In this document: positions 18,282 to 29,369 of the stretch, one piece after another | How the letters are laid out: every line of letters starts with the position of its first letter | Numbering within the stretch: the stretch's first letter is position 1 | Origin: Bacteroidota bacterium | Lineage (GTDB): Bacteria > Bacteroidota > Bacteroidia > Chitinophagales > LD1 | DNA length: 52,173 nucleotides | Reading direction: 5' to 3' | NCBI GenBank assembly: GCA_947461105.1 | Contig: CANHIG010000003.1 | Span: 1 to 52,173, forward strand | Notes under the pieces: generated by a model | Seen by the model: the letters and a program-made list of their open reading frames with translations, nothing else | The model's database searches: none | What the model was told of the DNA's origin: nothing | Program-made: the position numbers and the translations under genes

Positions 18282-19619
18282 TTATAGTTGATATACGCAC
18301 TCTTTAAATTTATTTCCTCTGTCCTCATAATTTTCGAACAAATCAAATGATGCACATGCCGGAGAGAGTAATACAGCCTCTCCTGTTTTTGCCATTTGAT
18401 ATGCAGTGCGAACAGCATCTCGCATTGTGGTACAATTGATAATTACATCAACCGACTTACCAAATGCACTATGAAGTTTAGTATTATCAAGTCCTAAGCA
18501 AATCATTGCTTTTACTTTTGACTTAACCAATGGTTCAAGAACAGCATAATCATTGCCTTTATCAACGCCACCTGCAATCCAGATTATTTCTTTACTCATA
18601 CTCTCCAATGCATACCATGTAGAATTTACATTGGTAGCTTTAGAGTCGTTGATAAATTCTACACCTCTAACCTTAGATACAGTCTCTAATCTGTGCTCTA
18701 AGCTTTTGAAGCTTGCCAGACTCTGGCGAATTTGTTCTTTTCGGAGACCATAGACGCTGCCTACGATTCCTGCTGCCATTGAGTTGTAAACGTTGTGGCG
18801 GCCTTTGATTCCTAATTCTTGGATGGACATGTTTAATTGGGTTTTATTGATTAAAAATTGGATTTCATTGTTGTGTACATAGGCTCCTTCTTCCACAGGC
18901 TTGTCATAGCTGAATGGGATTTTTCGCGCTTTAGTAGGATAGTTGTCGAGATTAGCCATCGTAATCTTATCATCGAGACAATAGATAAATATGTCCTGCT
19001 CGTTTTGATTCTTAGCGATATTAAATTTGGACGCTACATAATTTTGCAACTCATAATTATATCTGTCTAAATGATCGGGAGTAATATTTGTCAATACAGC
19101 CACATTTGGTCTGAAATTTTCTATATCATCCAGCTGAAAACTCGAAATCTCAAGCACATAGTAATCATGATTTTCAGTAGCTACCTGATATGCAAAACTC
19201 TTTCCGATGTTTCCTCCCAGCCCCACATTCAAACCTCCGTCTTTCAGAATCTGATATGTAAGACTTGTAACCGTTGTCTTCCCATTACTTCCAGTAATGC
19301 CAATTATTTGAGCATTTGTGAACCATGAAGCGAATTCAATTTCACTTACAACCTTGATTCCTTTTGCGCGAATCTTTTTCACGATTTCTGCTTTGTCAGG
19401 AATTCCCGGACTTTTCATCACAAGGTCAGCATTCAGAATTTTTTCCTCGCTATGCTGCTTTTCTTCAAATTCAATTCCGCGAGTTGCCAAATCATTTTTA
19501 TATAAATCTTTGATAGCTCCACCATCGCTCACGAACACGTCATAGCCTTGCTTAGCTGCAAGTACTGCTGTACCCCAACCGCTTTCGCCCGCGCCTAATA
19601 TGACTATTCGCTGTTTCAC
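18282..19619 (-). CDS. murD: UDP-MurNAc-L-Ala--D-glutamate ligase
   Basis: TGSNGKTT, EISSFQL, NDSKATN and LSPACASFD. Confidence 0.97.
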   Translation of the reverse strand: MKQRIVILGAGESGWGTAVLAAKQGYDVFVSDGGAIKDLYKNDLATRGIEFEEKQHSEEKILNADLVMKSPGIPDKAEIVKKIRAKGIKVVSEIEFASWFTNAQIIGITGSNGKTTVTSLTYQILKDGGLNVGLGGNIGKSFAYQVATENHDYYVLEISSFQLDDIENFRPNVAVLTNITPDHLDRYNYELQNYVASKFNIAKNQNEQDIFIYCLDDKITMANLDNYPTKARKIPFSYDKPVEEGAYVHNNEIQFLINKTQLNMSIQELGIKGRHNVYNSMAAGIVGSVYGLRKEQIRQSLASFKSLEHRLETVSKVRGVEFINDSKATNVNSTWYALESMSKEIIWIAGGVDKGNDYAVLEPLVKSKVKAMICLGLDNTKLHSAFGKSVDVIINCTTMRDAVRTAYQMAKTGEAVLLSPACASFDLFENYEDRGNKFKECVYQL

Positions 19620-19621
19620 TA

Positions 19622-20875
19622 TTATCTTACTTTCAAGGTTACTATTGACAATATTGCAAGTAGAATTCCTATAATCCAGAAACGAGAAACAATCTTACTC
19701 TCGTGCATTCCCAATTTCTGATAATGATGATGCAATGGTGACATAAGGAATACTCTTCTTCCTTCACCATACTTTCTTTTTGTGTATTTGAAATATGCAA
19801 CCTGAATCATCACGCTCAGATTTTCAACCAGAAAAATTCCGCACATCAGCGGAATGAGCAATTCCTTCCGCACTGCAAAAGCAAGTGTAGCAATGATTCC
19901 ACCAAGAGCAAGAGAGCCGGTATCGCCCATAAAAACTTGCGCAGGGTAAGCATTATACCATAAAAATCCTACACATGCTCCAATGAAAGCTGCTATAAAA
20001 ATGGCGAGTTCACCTGAGTTAGGTATATACATGATATTCAGGTAATCGGCAAAAATGATGTTACCGGAAACATAAGCAAACACAAGGAGAGTAGCGCCTA
20101 TAATAGCTGAAGTTCCGGTTGCAAGTCCGTCAATTCCATCTGTAAGATTCGCTCCGTTGGAAACTGCTGTGATAATAAAAATCACAATCGGAATAAAAAT
20201 CAACCATGAATATTTTTTCCAGTCGCTGTTGAAATAACCCAGAAATTCTTCATAATCTACTTCATGATTTTTCAGGAAAGGAATTGTTGTAATCAGGTTT
20301 CTCTGCGAAACCATGTAATGCGTTTCGCCCTGATGATCTTTCACTGCTGAAACATCTTTAGGATTATATTTCGCAACAGTAGTAACAGGAATTTCTTCCT
20401 TCACATATACATACTGATTGAAATAAAGAGTTGCGCCTACAATGATTCCCAAACCGATTTGCCCTATTACTTTGAATGTCCCTGCAAGTCCTTTTTTATC
20501 CTTCTTGAATACTTTAATATAATCATCAACAAAGCCAATCAAACCAAGCCAAATAGTGGTGATAATCATCAGCACGATATACACATTATCAAGTCTCGCT
20601 AGCAACAAAGTAGGAATCAGAATAGCTCCGTGAATAATCAAACCTCCCATTGTTGGCGTTCCCTTCTTTTGATTTTCCCCAGCCAATCCAAGCTCGCGAA
20701 TATTTTCTCCGATTTGTTTACGCTGTAAAAAATCAATAATTTTCTTTCCGTAAATCATTGAGATAACCAACGAAAGAATAATTGCCAATGCAGCGCGGAA
20801 TGAGATATAAGTGAACAATCTCGCTCCACTGATGTGGTAATGTTCGTTGAGGTATGTAAAAAAGTAGTATAGCAT
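19622..20875 (-). CDS. mraY: Phospho-N-acetylmuramoyl-pentapeptide transferase
   Basis: [30 protein letters not shown] and PLHHHY. Confidence 0.97.
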   Translation of the reverse strand: MLYYFFTYLNEHYHISGARLFTYISFRAALAIILSLVISMIYGKKIIDFLQRKQIGENIRELGLAGENQKKGTPTMGGLIIHGAILIPTLLLARLDNVYIVLMIITTIWLGLIGFVDDYIKVFKKDKKGLAGTFKVIGQIGLGIIVGATLYFNQYVYVKEEIPVTTVAKYNPKDVSAVKDHQGETHYMVSQRNLITTIPFLKNHEVDYEEFLGYFNSDWKKYSWLIFIPIVIFIITAVSNGANLTDGIDGLATGTSAIIGATLLVFAYVSGNIIFADYLNIMYIPNSGELAIFIAAFIGACVGFLWYNAYPAQVFMGDTGSLALGGIIATLAFAVRKELLIPLMCGIFLVENLSVMIQVAYFKYTKRKYGEGRRVFLMSPLHHHYQKLGMHESKIVSRFWIIGILLAILSIVTLKVR

Positions 20876-20879
20876 AATT

Positions 20880-22346
20880 TTATTTTTCTAATTCATAAAA
20901 TAATTCTGACAATACCGCCACATCATCATAATTGTGTTTCACTCCTGAAATCTCCTGATACTTTTCGTGTCCCTTTCCGGCAAGAAGAATGATATCATTA
21001 GGTCCCGCCAGTGATACTGCCATCTTTGTTGCCTCTCTCCTATCCGTATTAATTAAAACTATTTTCCTGTCAGTTATTTCAACACCCTGATACATTTCAT
21101 TAATTATCTCCGAGGGATTTTCACTTCTCGGATTATCTGAAGTGAGAATACATTTATCAGAAAATCGTGAAGCTACTTGCCCCATCAACGGGCGCTTTGT
21201 TTTATCTCTGTCGCCACCGCAACCAATGACTGTAATCAAAAGCTGATTATCTTGCTTTAACTCTCGAATCGTGTGAATCACATTTTTCAATGCATCAGGA
21301 GTATGCGCATAGTCAATGATACCAAGAATCTTTTCGTTCTTTGAAAGTATCTGCTGGAACCGTCCCGGTGGAGGCTGAAGACTGCTGATAATTTGCAACG
21401 CTTCCATTTTGTCAATGCCAAGTTGAACACAAGCAGCATAAACTGAAGTGATGTTATAAGCATTAAACTCTCCAATCAAACTCGTGTGTACTTCAATTCC
21501 GTCAAGCGAAATATGCAATCCAAAAACAGAGTTTTCAATAATCTTACATTTATAGTCACTATTAGATTTGAGACTATAACTGAATTTGCGTGCATTACAA
21601 TTTTGTAGCATAACCATTCCGTTTCTGTCATCGGCATTGGTAATGGCAAAAGCTGAACTTGAAAGATTATCAAAGAAAGCTTTCTTGGCCTTAAGATAAT
21701 TTTCAAAGGTCTTGTGATAGTCTAAATGATCATGAGTGATATTAGTAAAAATGGCACCTTCAAACTTTAAACCTGAAATACGCTTCTGGTCTACAGCATG
21801 TGAACTCACTTCCATAAAACAATACGCACAACCTGCATCAACCATTTTGCGCAGTAAAGTATTCAACTGAATCGGATCAGGAGTTGTGTGTGTTGCAGGA
21901 ATTACTTCTTCGTTGATTTTATTTTCAACAGTAGAAAGTAAACCAACATTAAAATCCAGTTTACTGAAAAATCTATAAAGCAATGTAGCTACTGATGTTT
22001 TGCCGTTCGTTCCGGTAACACCAACTAATTTTAAATCATGAGAAGGATTGCCGTAAAATGCTGCAGCCATTTTTCCTAACGCATCCGCACTATCTGTTAC
22101 CTGCACATAAACAATATTCTCCATCAACTGAGCCGGCAACTCCTGACAAACGACAACAACTGCTCCGGCAGCAATTACTGAATCAATAAACTGATGCGCA
22201 TCTACAGTTGTACCTTTAACTGCTACAAAGCAATCGCCAGATTTCACTTTTCTCGAATCAATCTGAATTGCATTTACAGCAATATCATTACTACCAAAAA
22301 GTTTTATTGGTGTAACATCGGATAATATTTGACTTAACTTAATCAC
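20880..22346 (-). CDS. murE: UDP-MurNAc-tripeptide synthetase (mDAP-specific)
   Basis: [27 protein letters not shown] (mDAP motif) and AGKGHE. Confidence 0.97.
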   Translation of the reverse strand: MIKLSQILSDVTPIKLFGSNDIAVNAIQIDSRKVKSGDCFVAVKGTTVDAHQFIDSVIAAGAVVVVCQELPAQLMENIVYVQVTDSADALGKMAAAFYGNPSHDLKLVGVTGTNGKTSVATLLYRFFSKLDFNVGLLSTVENKINEEVIPATHTTPDPIQLNTLLRKMVDAGCAYCFMEVSSHAVDQKRISGLKFEGAIFTNITHDHLDYHKTFENYLKAKKAFFDNLSSSAFAITNADDRNGMVMLQNCNARKFSYSLKSNSDYKCKIIENSVFGLHISLDGIEVHTSLIGEFNAYNITSVYAACVQLGIDKMEALQIISSLQPPPGRFQQILSKNEKILGIIDYAHTPDALKNVIHTIRELKQDNQLLITVIGCGGDRDKTKRPLMGQVASRFSDKCILTSDNPRSENPSEIINEMYQGVEITDRKIVLINTDRREATKMAVSLAGPNDIILLAGKGHEKYQEISGVKHNYDDVAVLSELFYELEK

Positions 22347-24433
22347 GATACTAATTCGAGTTTTACTTGCTGACCTTTTCTGATTACTTCTCCCGGTTGA
22401 ATAGATTGATTACTAATTAATCCTTTTCCGGAAAAAGAAACTTTCAGACCTATTGATTCCAATATGAATAAAGCATCACGCTGCGACATACCTTTTAAGT
22501 CAGGCATAATATTGTCCTTTACATCGAATGCTTTATATCTGCCGTTGTTCAACTGCACCCAATCTGCATCGGGCAGCTGCGTTTTAAATCCCAGTACATT
22601 GTAAATTTTCTCAACATCATAAGATTTTAATTTTGCGATTACAGGCATGGAAGGAGCTGCACCAAAAGGGTCTTTCTTCAAATGTTCAAACTGCAAATCC
22701 GTAGCATAAATTTTATCTGCAACTTCTCTGAAAATGTCACCTGCGACTTTATTTCCATAATACCCTCCAACAGTTGGGGAGTTAATCACCACAATCATAC
22801 TGTACTGAGGATTTTCAGAAGGGAAATAGCCGCAAAAAGACGCTTGATAAATTGCTTCTGTATACCCCATATTATTCTGTGCAATTTTTGCTGTACCTGT
22901 TTTTCCTGCTATATCCAAGTAATCGGTCTTTAGGTTCATTGCTGTTCCATTATTCACCACACCTTCAAGAATTTGCTTCAGTTGCGAAACAGTTTGCTCG
23001 CTCATGATTTTCTTAGAAACGATTTTCAAAGTGTCAACTACTTCAGAGTAATGTGTTATTTTCTCAATGAGTGTCGGCTTCACTAAAACTCCGTTATTGG
23101 CAATCGCATTGTAAAACTGAAGTGTGTGAAGCGGAGTAATTCGCAACTCATAACCATGGGCAATAAAGGCGGATGACACACCGCTCCATTTTTCGGGAGC
23201 ACTAATTACAGGCTTAGCGACACCGGACAATTCAATATTTACTAGCTCAGTAAAACCAAAGTCCTTAAGATGATTATAAAATTTCTTTGCAGCATGTCCG
23301 TAGTTATTAAATGCAAGTTTTGCCACTCCCACGTTGGATGACACTTCGATAATTCTTTTCACATCAAGCACGGGAGTTGCCGGTGGTTCGTGATCTTTAA
23401 TTTCCTTATCGTAAAATTTTGCAGTGCCGTTGCCGCAGTTCACAGTAGTAGAAGAATTAACAAGTCCGTCTTCCATCATGGCTGCAATCACAGGAACTTT
23501 GAATGTTGAACCGGGTTCAGTTGCTTCACGTACAGCATAGTTCAGAAATTCAAAATAATTTGCTGTATCTCTTTTACCCATGTTTGCAATGGCCCTAACT
23601 TTGCCCGTCTTCACTTCCATCACTACTACACAGCCGTGATCTGCCTGGTGTTTTATTAACGCTCTTCGCAATGCATCCTGAGCCACATCCTGGATGGTAA
23701 TATCTATTGTAGTATAGATATCTTTACCCGGTTGTGGAGCAACTTCTTCTTTAGTATCAAGCGGTCTGATAACTCCTGCGCCCAATTTCTGTACCAATTT
23801 TCTACCGGATGTTCCCTTGAGTAATTCATCGTACTTCAACTCAATTCCCGAAGAATAAATACCATCAAAATTTTCATCAACACCTAAAGTTCTGAGTGCC
23901 ATAGAACCAAAAGGATGATCTCTCCGCTCCTTATTTTCCTCAATCAGCCCGCTTACATTTCTCTTTAAACGCAACCAGGGCCAGTGTTTCATTTTCAACA
24001 ACTGATCATAAGCTACATTGCGCTTGAGTGCATAGTATCGGTTTTTCTTCTTATAATTTCTCACAAACTCTTTCCTGTATGTATCTTGCGATTTTTCAGG
24101 AAACATCTGCGACATAAGCAGCGATACCGAATCAACATTATTATCGAAAATTTCTTTCTTCAATCCTTCTGCTGCAAAGTCTATATACAAATCAAACAAA
24201 GGCAAAGACGCTGCAAGTAATTTACCATCATGCGAGTAGATATTTCCTCTCTCTGCTTTAATCGTTGTAGGATATATAGTTAAGCTATCAGCAAGACTTA
24301 TGTAATACTTTCCTTTTGCCGACTGTGTGTAAAAAGCTTTACCAACAATACCGGCAGCCAAAAGACAAATCATCAGGAATCCTATATAGATTCTGATGAT
24401 TACCTCCTTCTTTACATTTGTCTTTTCTGCCAT
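22343..24433 (-). CDS. ftsI: Class B penicillin-binding protein FtsI with a PASTA domain
   Basis: STFK, SSN and KTG motifs, an N-terminal TM helix and a C-terminal PASTA domain (MPDLKGMS). Confidence 0.93.
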   Translation of the reverse strand: MAEKTNVKKEVIIRIYIGFLMICLLAAGIVGKAFYTQSAKGKYYISLADSLTIYPTTIKAERGNIYSHDGKLLAASLPLFDLYIDFAAEGLKKEIFDNNVDSVSLLMSQMFPEKSQDTYRKEFVRNYKKKNRYYALKRNVAYDQLLKMKHWPWLRLKRNVSGLIEENKERRDHPFGSMALRTLGVDENFDGIYSSGIELKYDELLKGTSGRKLVQKLGAGVIRPLDTKEEVAPQPGKDIYTTIDITIQDVAQDALRRALIKHQADHGCVVVMEVKTGKVRAIANMGKRDTANYFEFLNYAVREATEPGSTFKVPVIAAMMEDGLVNSSTTVNCGNGTAKFYDKEIKDHEPPATPVLDVKRIIEVSSNVGVAKLAFNNYGHAAKKFYNHLKDFGFTELVNIELSGVAKPVISAPEKWSGVSSAFIAHGYELRITPLHTLQFYNAIANNGVLVKPTLIEKITHYSEVVDTLKIVSKKIMSEQTVSQLKQILEGVVNNGTAMNLKTDYLDIAGKTGTAKIAQNNMGYTEAIYQASFCGYFPSENPQYSMIVVINSPTVGGYYGNKVAGDIFREVADKIYATDLQFEHLKKDPFGAAPSMPVIAKLKSYDVEKIYNVLGFKTQLPDADWVQLNNGRYKAFDVKDNIMPDLKGMSQRDALFILESIGLKVSFSGKGLISNQSIQPGEVIRKGQQVKLELVS

Positions 24434-24829
24434 TTAAAAAAACTTCTTTTTCTCTTTTTGTTTTTCAATCACCAATACTTCCGGTGCTTGTCTCAATTCA
24501 TTAAGCCCATTTATTTTCACACGATTTGCAATCTCTGACTGGCTACCTGCTTTCATCAGCTTTGATGAAACGACCATGTATTCCCATCTGTATTGCTTAA
24601 GTTCCTTCTCCGCTCTGCTGATTCTACGCACCATCTGATCTGCGTAGTGATTATTAGCGATGTGCAGAAACGCAAGCAGTAGCAAAAACAAGATGAAAGG
24701 CAAACTGGTCAGAATCTGCTTCATACTGTTTTCTCCCATCACATCAAACACAGACATGTACTGCGACAATGTCCGCCTTTGCTGCTTTGGCGCTTCCTTT
24801 TCAGTTGTTATGTTTTCTGTTTCTGACAT
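24434..24829 (-). CDS. ftsL: FtsL-like cell division protein
   Basis: Single TM helix followed by a coiled coil, located between rsmH and ftsI. Confidence 0.8.
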   Translation of the reverse strand: MSETENITTEKEAPKQQRRTLSQYMSVFDVMGENSMKQILTSLPFILFLLLLAFLHIANNHYADQMVRRISRAEKELKQYRWEYMVVSSKLMKAGSQSEIANRVKINGLNELRQAPEVLVIEKQKEKKKFF

Positions 24830-25726
24830 CTATTTTTTAATACCAATTCTCAGCTTCGCACTTCGTGACCTGCTGTTTACTTTTTGTTCCAACTCACTTG
24901 CTTCTATCGGTTTTTTATTGAAGAGTTTGAACGGCACTTCAAATCTTCCGAACTCATCTTTCACTGGCTCTTCGCTGAATACTCCATTTTTAAAGAACTG
25001 CTTCACTAATCTGTCTTCGATAGAATGAAAAGTGATCACGCAAATTCTTCCTCCTTCATTCAGCACTTCAGCACTTTGTTCCAGAAATGCTTTCAATACG
25101 CCCAGCTCATTATTCACTTCCATTCTGATTGCCTGAAACACCTGCGACAGATATTTCCAGCGCTCACCCATGATTAATCCGCTCTCCAGAAAGTTCACAA
25201 AGCCATCAGTCGTTGCGAACTGCTTTGTTTTTCTCGCCTCTGCAACTGCTTTTGACAGACGTTTTGAATTTGGCACTTCGCCAAACTCGCTGAACATCTT
25301 CACCAGACTCTCTTCGTCATAAGTATTCAGCACATCCGCAGCAGTCAGCTCACTTTTTCTGTTCATACGCATATCGAGCGGCCCTTCAGAACGATAGCTG
25401 AAGCCGCGCTCTGCTGTATCAAACTGATAAGAACTCACTCCTAGGTCTGCCATGATTCCATCCACTTTTGTGATTCCTTCAAGGCGCAAAAACTTTTTCA
25501 AGTCGGCAAAGTTTGCATGAACCATCGCGAGTCTGCTATCCTTAATCGTATTCCTGAAAGCATCTTCGTCCTGGTCGAATGCAATCAAACGACCTTCAGA
25601 ACCCAACTGCTCAAGAATAGCATGCGAGTGACCACCACCACCGAAGGTGACATCTACATAAATGCCGTCAGGTTTAATCGCCAAACCGTCCACGCATTCT
25701 TTCAAAAGAACGCTGAGATGATACAT
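24830..25726 (-). CDS. rsmH: 16S rRNA m4C1402 methyltransferase
   Basis: DVTFGGGGHS, DLGVSSYQ, LDMRM, FHSIEDR and RSRSAKLR. Confidence 0.97.
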   Translation of the reverse strand: MYHLSVLLKECVDGLAIKPDGIYVDVTFGGGGHSHAILEQLGSEGRLIAFDQDEDAFRNTIKDSRLAMVHANFADLKKFLRLEGITKVDGIMADLGVSSYQFDTAERGFSYRSEGPLDMRMNRKSELTAADVLNTYDEESLVKMFSEFGEVPNSKRLSKAVAEARKTKQFATTDGFVNFLESGLIMGERWKYLSQVFQAIRMEVNNELGVLKAFLEQSAEVLNEGGRICVITFHSIEDRLVKQFFKNGVFSEEPVKDEFGRFEVPFKLFNKKPIEASELEQKVNSRSRSAKLRIGIKK

Positions 25727-25731
25727 TACTA

Positions 25732-26193
25732 TTATTTATTTTCTACCGAGTCAATATACTTGGCCACATCTTCCGCAATAGCACTGATATTGCTGATGTT
25801 ACCCTGTATGTATTGCTCGTATTTGTTTGCATCCCAGATTTGGATACGGTCGAACTGTCCTTTCAGGATCACTTCTTTAGCAGACGAGATATATCGCATC
25901 AGCGATTTTGAAATCAGAAAACGATCTGCGTTATCTAATTCCATCTCAGTAAGCCCAACCGTAATGGCATTTTTGAATGCCCGATGCGTAGGGTTGAAAT
26001 CAGAAAGCTTCGATAATTTTTGCTCTTGTTTATCCCAGGTCTGCATCGGATAAATCACTAAGCAGTCTTCAATGTCTTTGGCTATCATAAAACGTCCGGA
26101 ATCAGAAGCAGGAAACTGCTTCTTCATGACAGTCGGCATTTTGATTCTGCCTTTATCATCTACCGTACATTGTATTTCTCCTAAAAACCTCAT
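25732..26193 (-). CDS. mraZ: Transcriptional regulator MraZ
   Basis: Two SpoVT/AbrB repeats (VDDKGRI, LDNADRF). First gene of the dcw cluster. Confidence 0.93.
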   Translation of the reverse strand: MRFLGEIQCTVDDKGRIKMPTVMKKQFPASDSGRFMIAKDIEDCLVIYPMQTWDKQEQKLSKLSDFNPTHRAFKNAITVGLTEMELDNADRFLISKSLMRYISSAKEVILKGQFDRIQIWDANKYEQYIQGNISNISAIAEDVAKYIDSVENK

Positions 26194-26209
26194 AGTGATT
26201 TAACTGGTA

Positions 26210-26251
26210 CAAACTTAGGAATCATCAACGCATATTCCCACTTTCTACCAC
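26210..26251 (-). promoter_or_regulatory. dcw promoter (-7 TAAGTTTG) with tandem MraZ-type GTGG boxes
   Basis: Minus-strand TAAGTTTG at 26217-26210; GTGG-N6-GTGG at 26251-26238, overlapping the -33 region. Confidence 0.7.
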
Positions 26252-26353
26252 TAAAATAGTCAACAATTTGCAAACAAACCAAATATTAGCATTAAAATCT
26301 TTTAATATCAACGATTCTAGTTGTGGTAAATTGTGGGATTTACAAATAATAGT

Positions 26354-26400
26354 TTATACACAAAGCCATTTTCAACAGGGTTTTCAACCTGTTATCCACA
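26354..26400 (+). promoter_or_regulatory. Cluster of DnaA-box-like sites
   Basis: TTATACACA (26354-26362) and TTATCCACA (26392-26400) match TTATNCACA. The degenerate TTTTCAACA (26369) and TTTTCAACC (26381) lie between them. Confidence 0.6.
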
Positions 26401-26510
26401 GATATTGCCCGCTTATGAACGGTTAAAAAACTGGACGTGGAAAAGAATCGCTTCGACAAGCTCAGTAAGTGGAGAATTCAAGTACGAGGAAATCCTTTAT
26501 CTTCCGCCCG

Positions 26511-27119
26511 ATGATTGTATCCAACCTCTATTATCTGCCGCAAATCAGCTGGTTTAAAGAAGTGATTCATGAACATGAAATCACACTGGAACAGCATGAC
26601 AACTGGCAGAAATCTTCTTTCAGAAATAAAACGGTAATTGCAGGAGCAAACGAATTGCAAACATTAAGCATTCCCATAATTGGCGGAAGAGAACAGAAAA
26701 CAACATACAAAGACATAAGAATTTGCTATACCGACCGGTGGCAGCAAGTTCACCTTACAGCAATAAAATCAGCCTACAGCAGCGCTCCGTTTTTTGAGCA
26801 TTACGTAGATTACTTCAGTCCGTTTTACGAAAAGAAAACGGAATTTCTTTTTGATTATAATTTCGAATTGTTGCAACTGTGTTTCAAACTGCTGAAAACT
26901 GAAAGGAAAATATTGCGAACAGATGATTATAAAAAAGAAATTCCTGATGCTTTAGACATCAGGAATTCATATAATACGAAGAAAGAAATTTTCAAACCGA
27001 GCAAATCTTACATTCAGGTTTTTAGTGAGCGGCAAGGCTTTCAGCCGAATGTTTCAGTAATTGATTTACTATTCAATGAAGGACCGGAAACTGTTAAGTA
27101 CATCATGGATTTAAAGTGA
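26511..27119 (+). CDS. WbqC family protein
   Basis: YYLPQISW, KSSFRN, IKSAYSSAPFFEHY and SVIDLLFNEGP. The likely start is ATG 26511 (ORF track starts at 26469). Confidence 0.85.
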   Translation: MIVSNLYYLPQISWFKEVIHEHEITLEQHDNWQKSSFRNKTVIAGANELQTLSIPIIGGREQKTTYKDIRICYTDRWQQVHLTAIKSAYSSAPFFEHYVDYFSPFYEKKTEFLFDYNFELLQLCFKLLKTERKILRTDDYKKEIPDALDIRNSYNTKKEIFKPSKSYIQVFSERQGFQPNVSVIDLLFNEGPETVKYIMDLK

Positions 27120-27507
27120 TATTAACTTCCTTATTTGTAACATTTCCATCATGGTCTTCAAACTGAATAACAGCTTTCACGGGTGTAGCTTGAGTAACAG
27201 TCACTTGCAATTTTTCATTATAATCGTATGATTTAATCGAATGAACGTAGAGTGTTTTTGCGACCAATAAATACCCATCAGAATTTCGCGTAATCGAGAT
27301 TCGTCCAGTATGTAAATCTTCATTATCACTGGCATTTCCTGAGAATAAAATTGAATCCGTTGTACTAAAAACCGCTCCTTCAGCTGGAGACACAACAGTA
27401 ACAACAGGAGCCACTTTGGAGCTATCGGAATCAGTTGGCTTTTTACATGCATTGATAACAAAAAACCCAGTAATTAATACAACAACAAAGAGGTTTCTAC
27501 TATTCAT
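27103..27507 (-). CDS. Small Ig-like lipoprotein (DUF4625-like)
   Basis: Lipobox INAC, Ig-type APVVTVVSPAEG...ASDNEDLH and several His residues. Confidence 0.65.
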   Translation of the reverse strand: MNSRNLFVVVLITGFFVINACKKPTDSDSSKVAPVVTVVSPAEGAVFSTTDSILFSGNASDNEDLHTGRISITRNSDGYLLVAKTLYVHSIKSYDYNEKLQVTVTQATPVKAVIQFEDHDGNVTNKEVNITLNP

Positions 27508-27517
27508 AATTCAAATT

Positions 27518-28537
27518 TTAGAACTCAGCGAATAAAGGGTTTTTAATAAAGTCTTCATCAGAAAGTGTCTTTAAAAATAATATCAATTTCGATTTTTCAT
27601 CATTAGTAATTGTAATACCTGTATTTCCATTCTGCTGAAGAATCGTATCTAAAGTAGCCGATGGCTGAACACCAAGACGATAATGGTCTATCACTTCTTC
27701 CAACGAAAAGAATCTGCCATCGTGCATATAAGGAGCTGTATAGCCAACATTTCGCAGACTTGGCACTTTGAATTTGTATTCATCCGTAGCACTTAATGTT
27801 ATTACATATCTGCCCTTATCTGAATTTTGAGCCAATCCGTTATTCCTGAAATTTTGATCGGTAAACAAAACACCGGAATGACAAGAAGAACACTTCTGTT
27901 CAAAAATTTGTTTCCCTTCATTTTCATCGGCAGAAAAAGTTGCAGTACCGGCTATCACTTTATCATATTTTGAATTTGCAGAAACTAACATCACCATAAA
28001 CTGCGACATGGCTTGCATCATTTTTATCCCTGTAATGTCATCAGATCCAAAAGCATCCTTAAAAAGTTTTTTGTAATTGGAATCAGAACCGATTTTAGCC
28101 ACGACATTAGAAACCGTTTCATCCATTTCTACAGGGTTTTGAATTGGACTTATCGGAACTAAGTCAAGATTATGCACCCCACCATCCCAAAAGTAATTTT
28201 GCATCCATGCCATATTTTGAATTGCTGGCGCATTGCGTGTGCCCAACTTATCTTCAATTCCATGACTAACAACATGCCCGTGATGGGTAAATGCCGAAAA
28301 TGAAATATGGCAACTGCCGCAAGAGATAGTGCCATCCCGGGATAACCGCCCATCGTAAAAAAGTTTTTTACCTAACTCAAAACCTGCTTTTGTGACCGGA
28401 TTAGTTTGAGTTGGATAAGTTGGAGCAGGAAATCCCTGAGGGACTTCAAAGCCCTTAAATACCTCATTGCCGGGAGCCTCTTTGTTACAAGAAGCTACCA
28501 GCAATAAGGCAAATAAAAACAAGAAATACTTGTTCAT
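27518..28537 (-). CDS. Di-heme cytochrome c peroxidase/MauG-family lipoprotein (MbnH-like)
   Basis: Two heme motifs CGSCH and CSSCH, RNAPAIQN, FKVPSLRN and PYMHDGRF. Lipobox VASC with a likely start at 28537. Adjacent to an MbnP-family gene. Confidence 0.85.
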   Translation of the reverse strand: MNKYFLFLFALLLVASCNKEAPGNEVFKGFEVPQGFPAPTYPTQTNPVTKAGFELGKKLFYDGRLSRDGTISCGSCHISFSAFTHHGHVVSHGIEDKLGTRNAPAIQNMAWMQNYFWDGGVHNLDLVPISPIQNPVEMDETVSNVVAKIGSDSNYKKLFKDAFGSDDITGIKMMQAMSQFMVMLVSANSKYDKVIAGTATFSADENEGKQIFEQKCSSCHSGVLFTDQNFRNNGLAQNSDKGRYVITLSATDEYKFKVPSLRNVGYTAPYMHDGRFFSLEEVIDHYRLGVQPSATLDTILQQNGNTGITITNDEKSKLILFLKTLSDEDFIKNPLFAEF

Positions 28538-28541
28538 AAAT

Positions 28542-29351
28542 TTAATCGTTGTGAACATGATTTACAGAAATCATGCTTGAATAGTTATTAGCAATATTTA
28601 CTGAATACGCATTGAACATCACCATTGGATTTGCAAAGAAATCAACATTTGTTATTCCGTTTAATACTTTCAGCGCATCTACATAAAGATGAGCCTCAGG
28701 ACCAGAAGTCTTAGCTTTACGTACTTCCGCATTTGTACCATTGAATGAAAGCGTAACATTTTTAATATTATTGATTGTAGGCGAGCTGTAACCTCCGTAT
28801 CCTCCGATGTGGTACATGAACATTTTCATAGTAGAAACGCTATCATACATTCCTTCCATTTTAAGGAAGATGTATCCTGAATTCCAAGACCAGTACATAT
28901 CCTGCCCTGCAGCAGTAGGATCTAATGCTCCGGTGCGCTCACTTACAGGAAGTGTGTTGCGATTGCTATCCACTCCGATAACAAAAGAAACTCCGCTATA
29001 ATTGCCCTCAGGAATATCACTTAATTCCACATCAGCCGTGGTTTCATCAGACTCCTCCACTAAGAAATAAGAATTATTTTGCGGTACTGTATATTTTGAA
29101 CCATCGCTATTAAGTAAAACTACATTGCTGATATAGTAGTTAAACTTAGAGATATTAAAGCTTTGCCCCAAAGCATTAGAGTATGTTCCAGTATTAAGAA
29201 CTAAATCATCAGCACCTGCTCTGTTGTCAAAGTGAAGCATCATTTTCCCTTTTTGTGATGGGTCATAATCCTTTTTAGTTTCCTTTTTGCAGGATTGTAG
29301 TGTTAAAGCTGATACAGCAAAAATTGCGAATACAAATTTTAAATTTTTCAT
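28542..29351 (-). CDS. MbnP-family copper-binding lipoprotein
   Basis: Lipobox LQSC, FNYYISN, IGVDS, MYWSWNSGYIFLKMEG (WxW motif) and YHIGG. Confidence 0.85.
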   Translation of the reverse strand: MKNLKFVFAIFAVSALTLQSCKKETKKDYDPSQKGKMMLHFDNRAGADDLVLNTGTYSNALGQSFNISKFNYYISNVVLLNSDGSKYTVPQNNSYFLVEESDETTADVELSDIPEGNYSGVSFVIGVDSNRNTLPVSERTGALDPTAAGQDMYWSWNSGYIFLKMEGMYDSVSTMKMFMYHIGGYGGYSSPTINNIKNVTLSFNGTNAEVRKAKTSGPEAHLYVDALKVLNGITNVDFFANPMVMFNAYSVNIANNYSSMISVNHVHND

Positions 29352-29369
29352 GTTTTATTGTCTTGTTTT

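Noticed and set aside
10707-26193. Absence of murF and ddl from the dcw cluster; long acidic FtsZ/FtsA linkers
   Set aside because: Normal for Bacteroidota dcw clusters.
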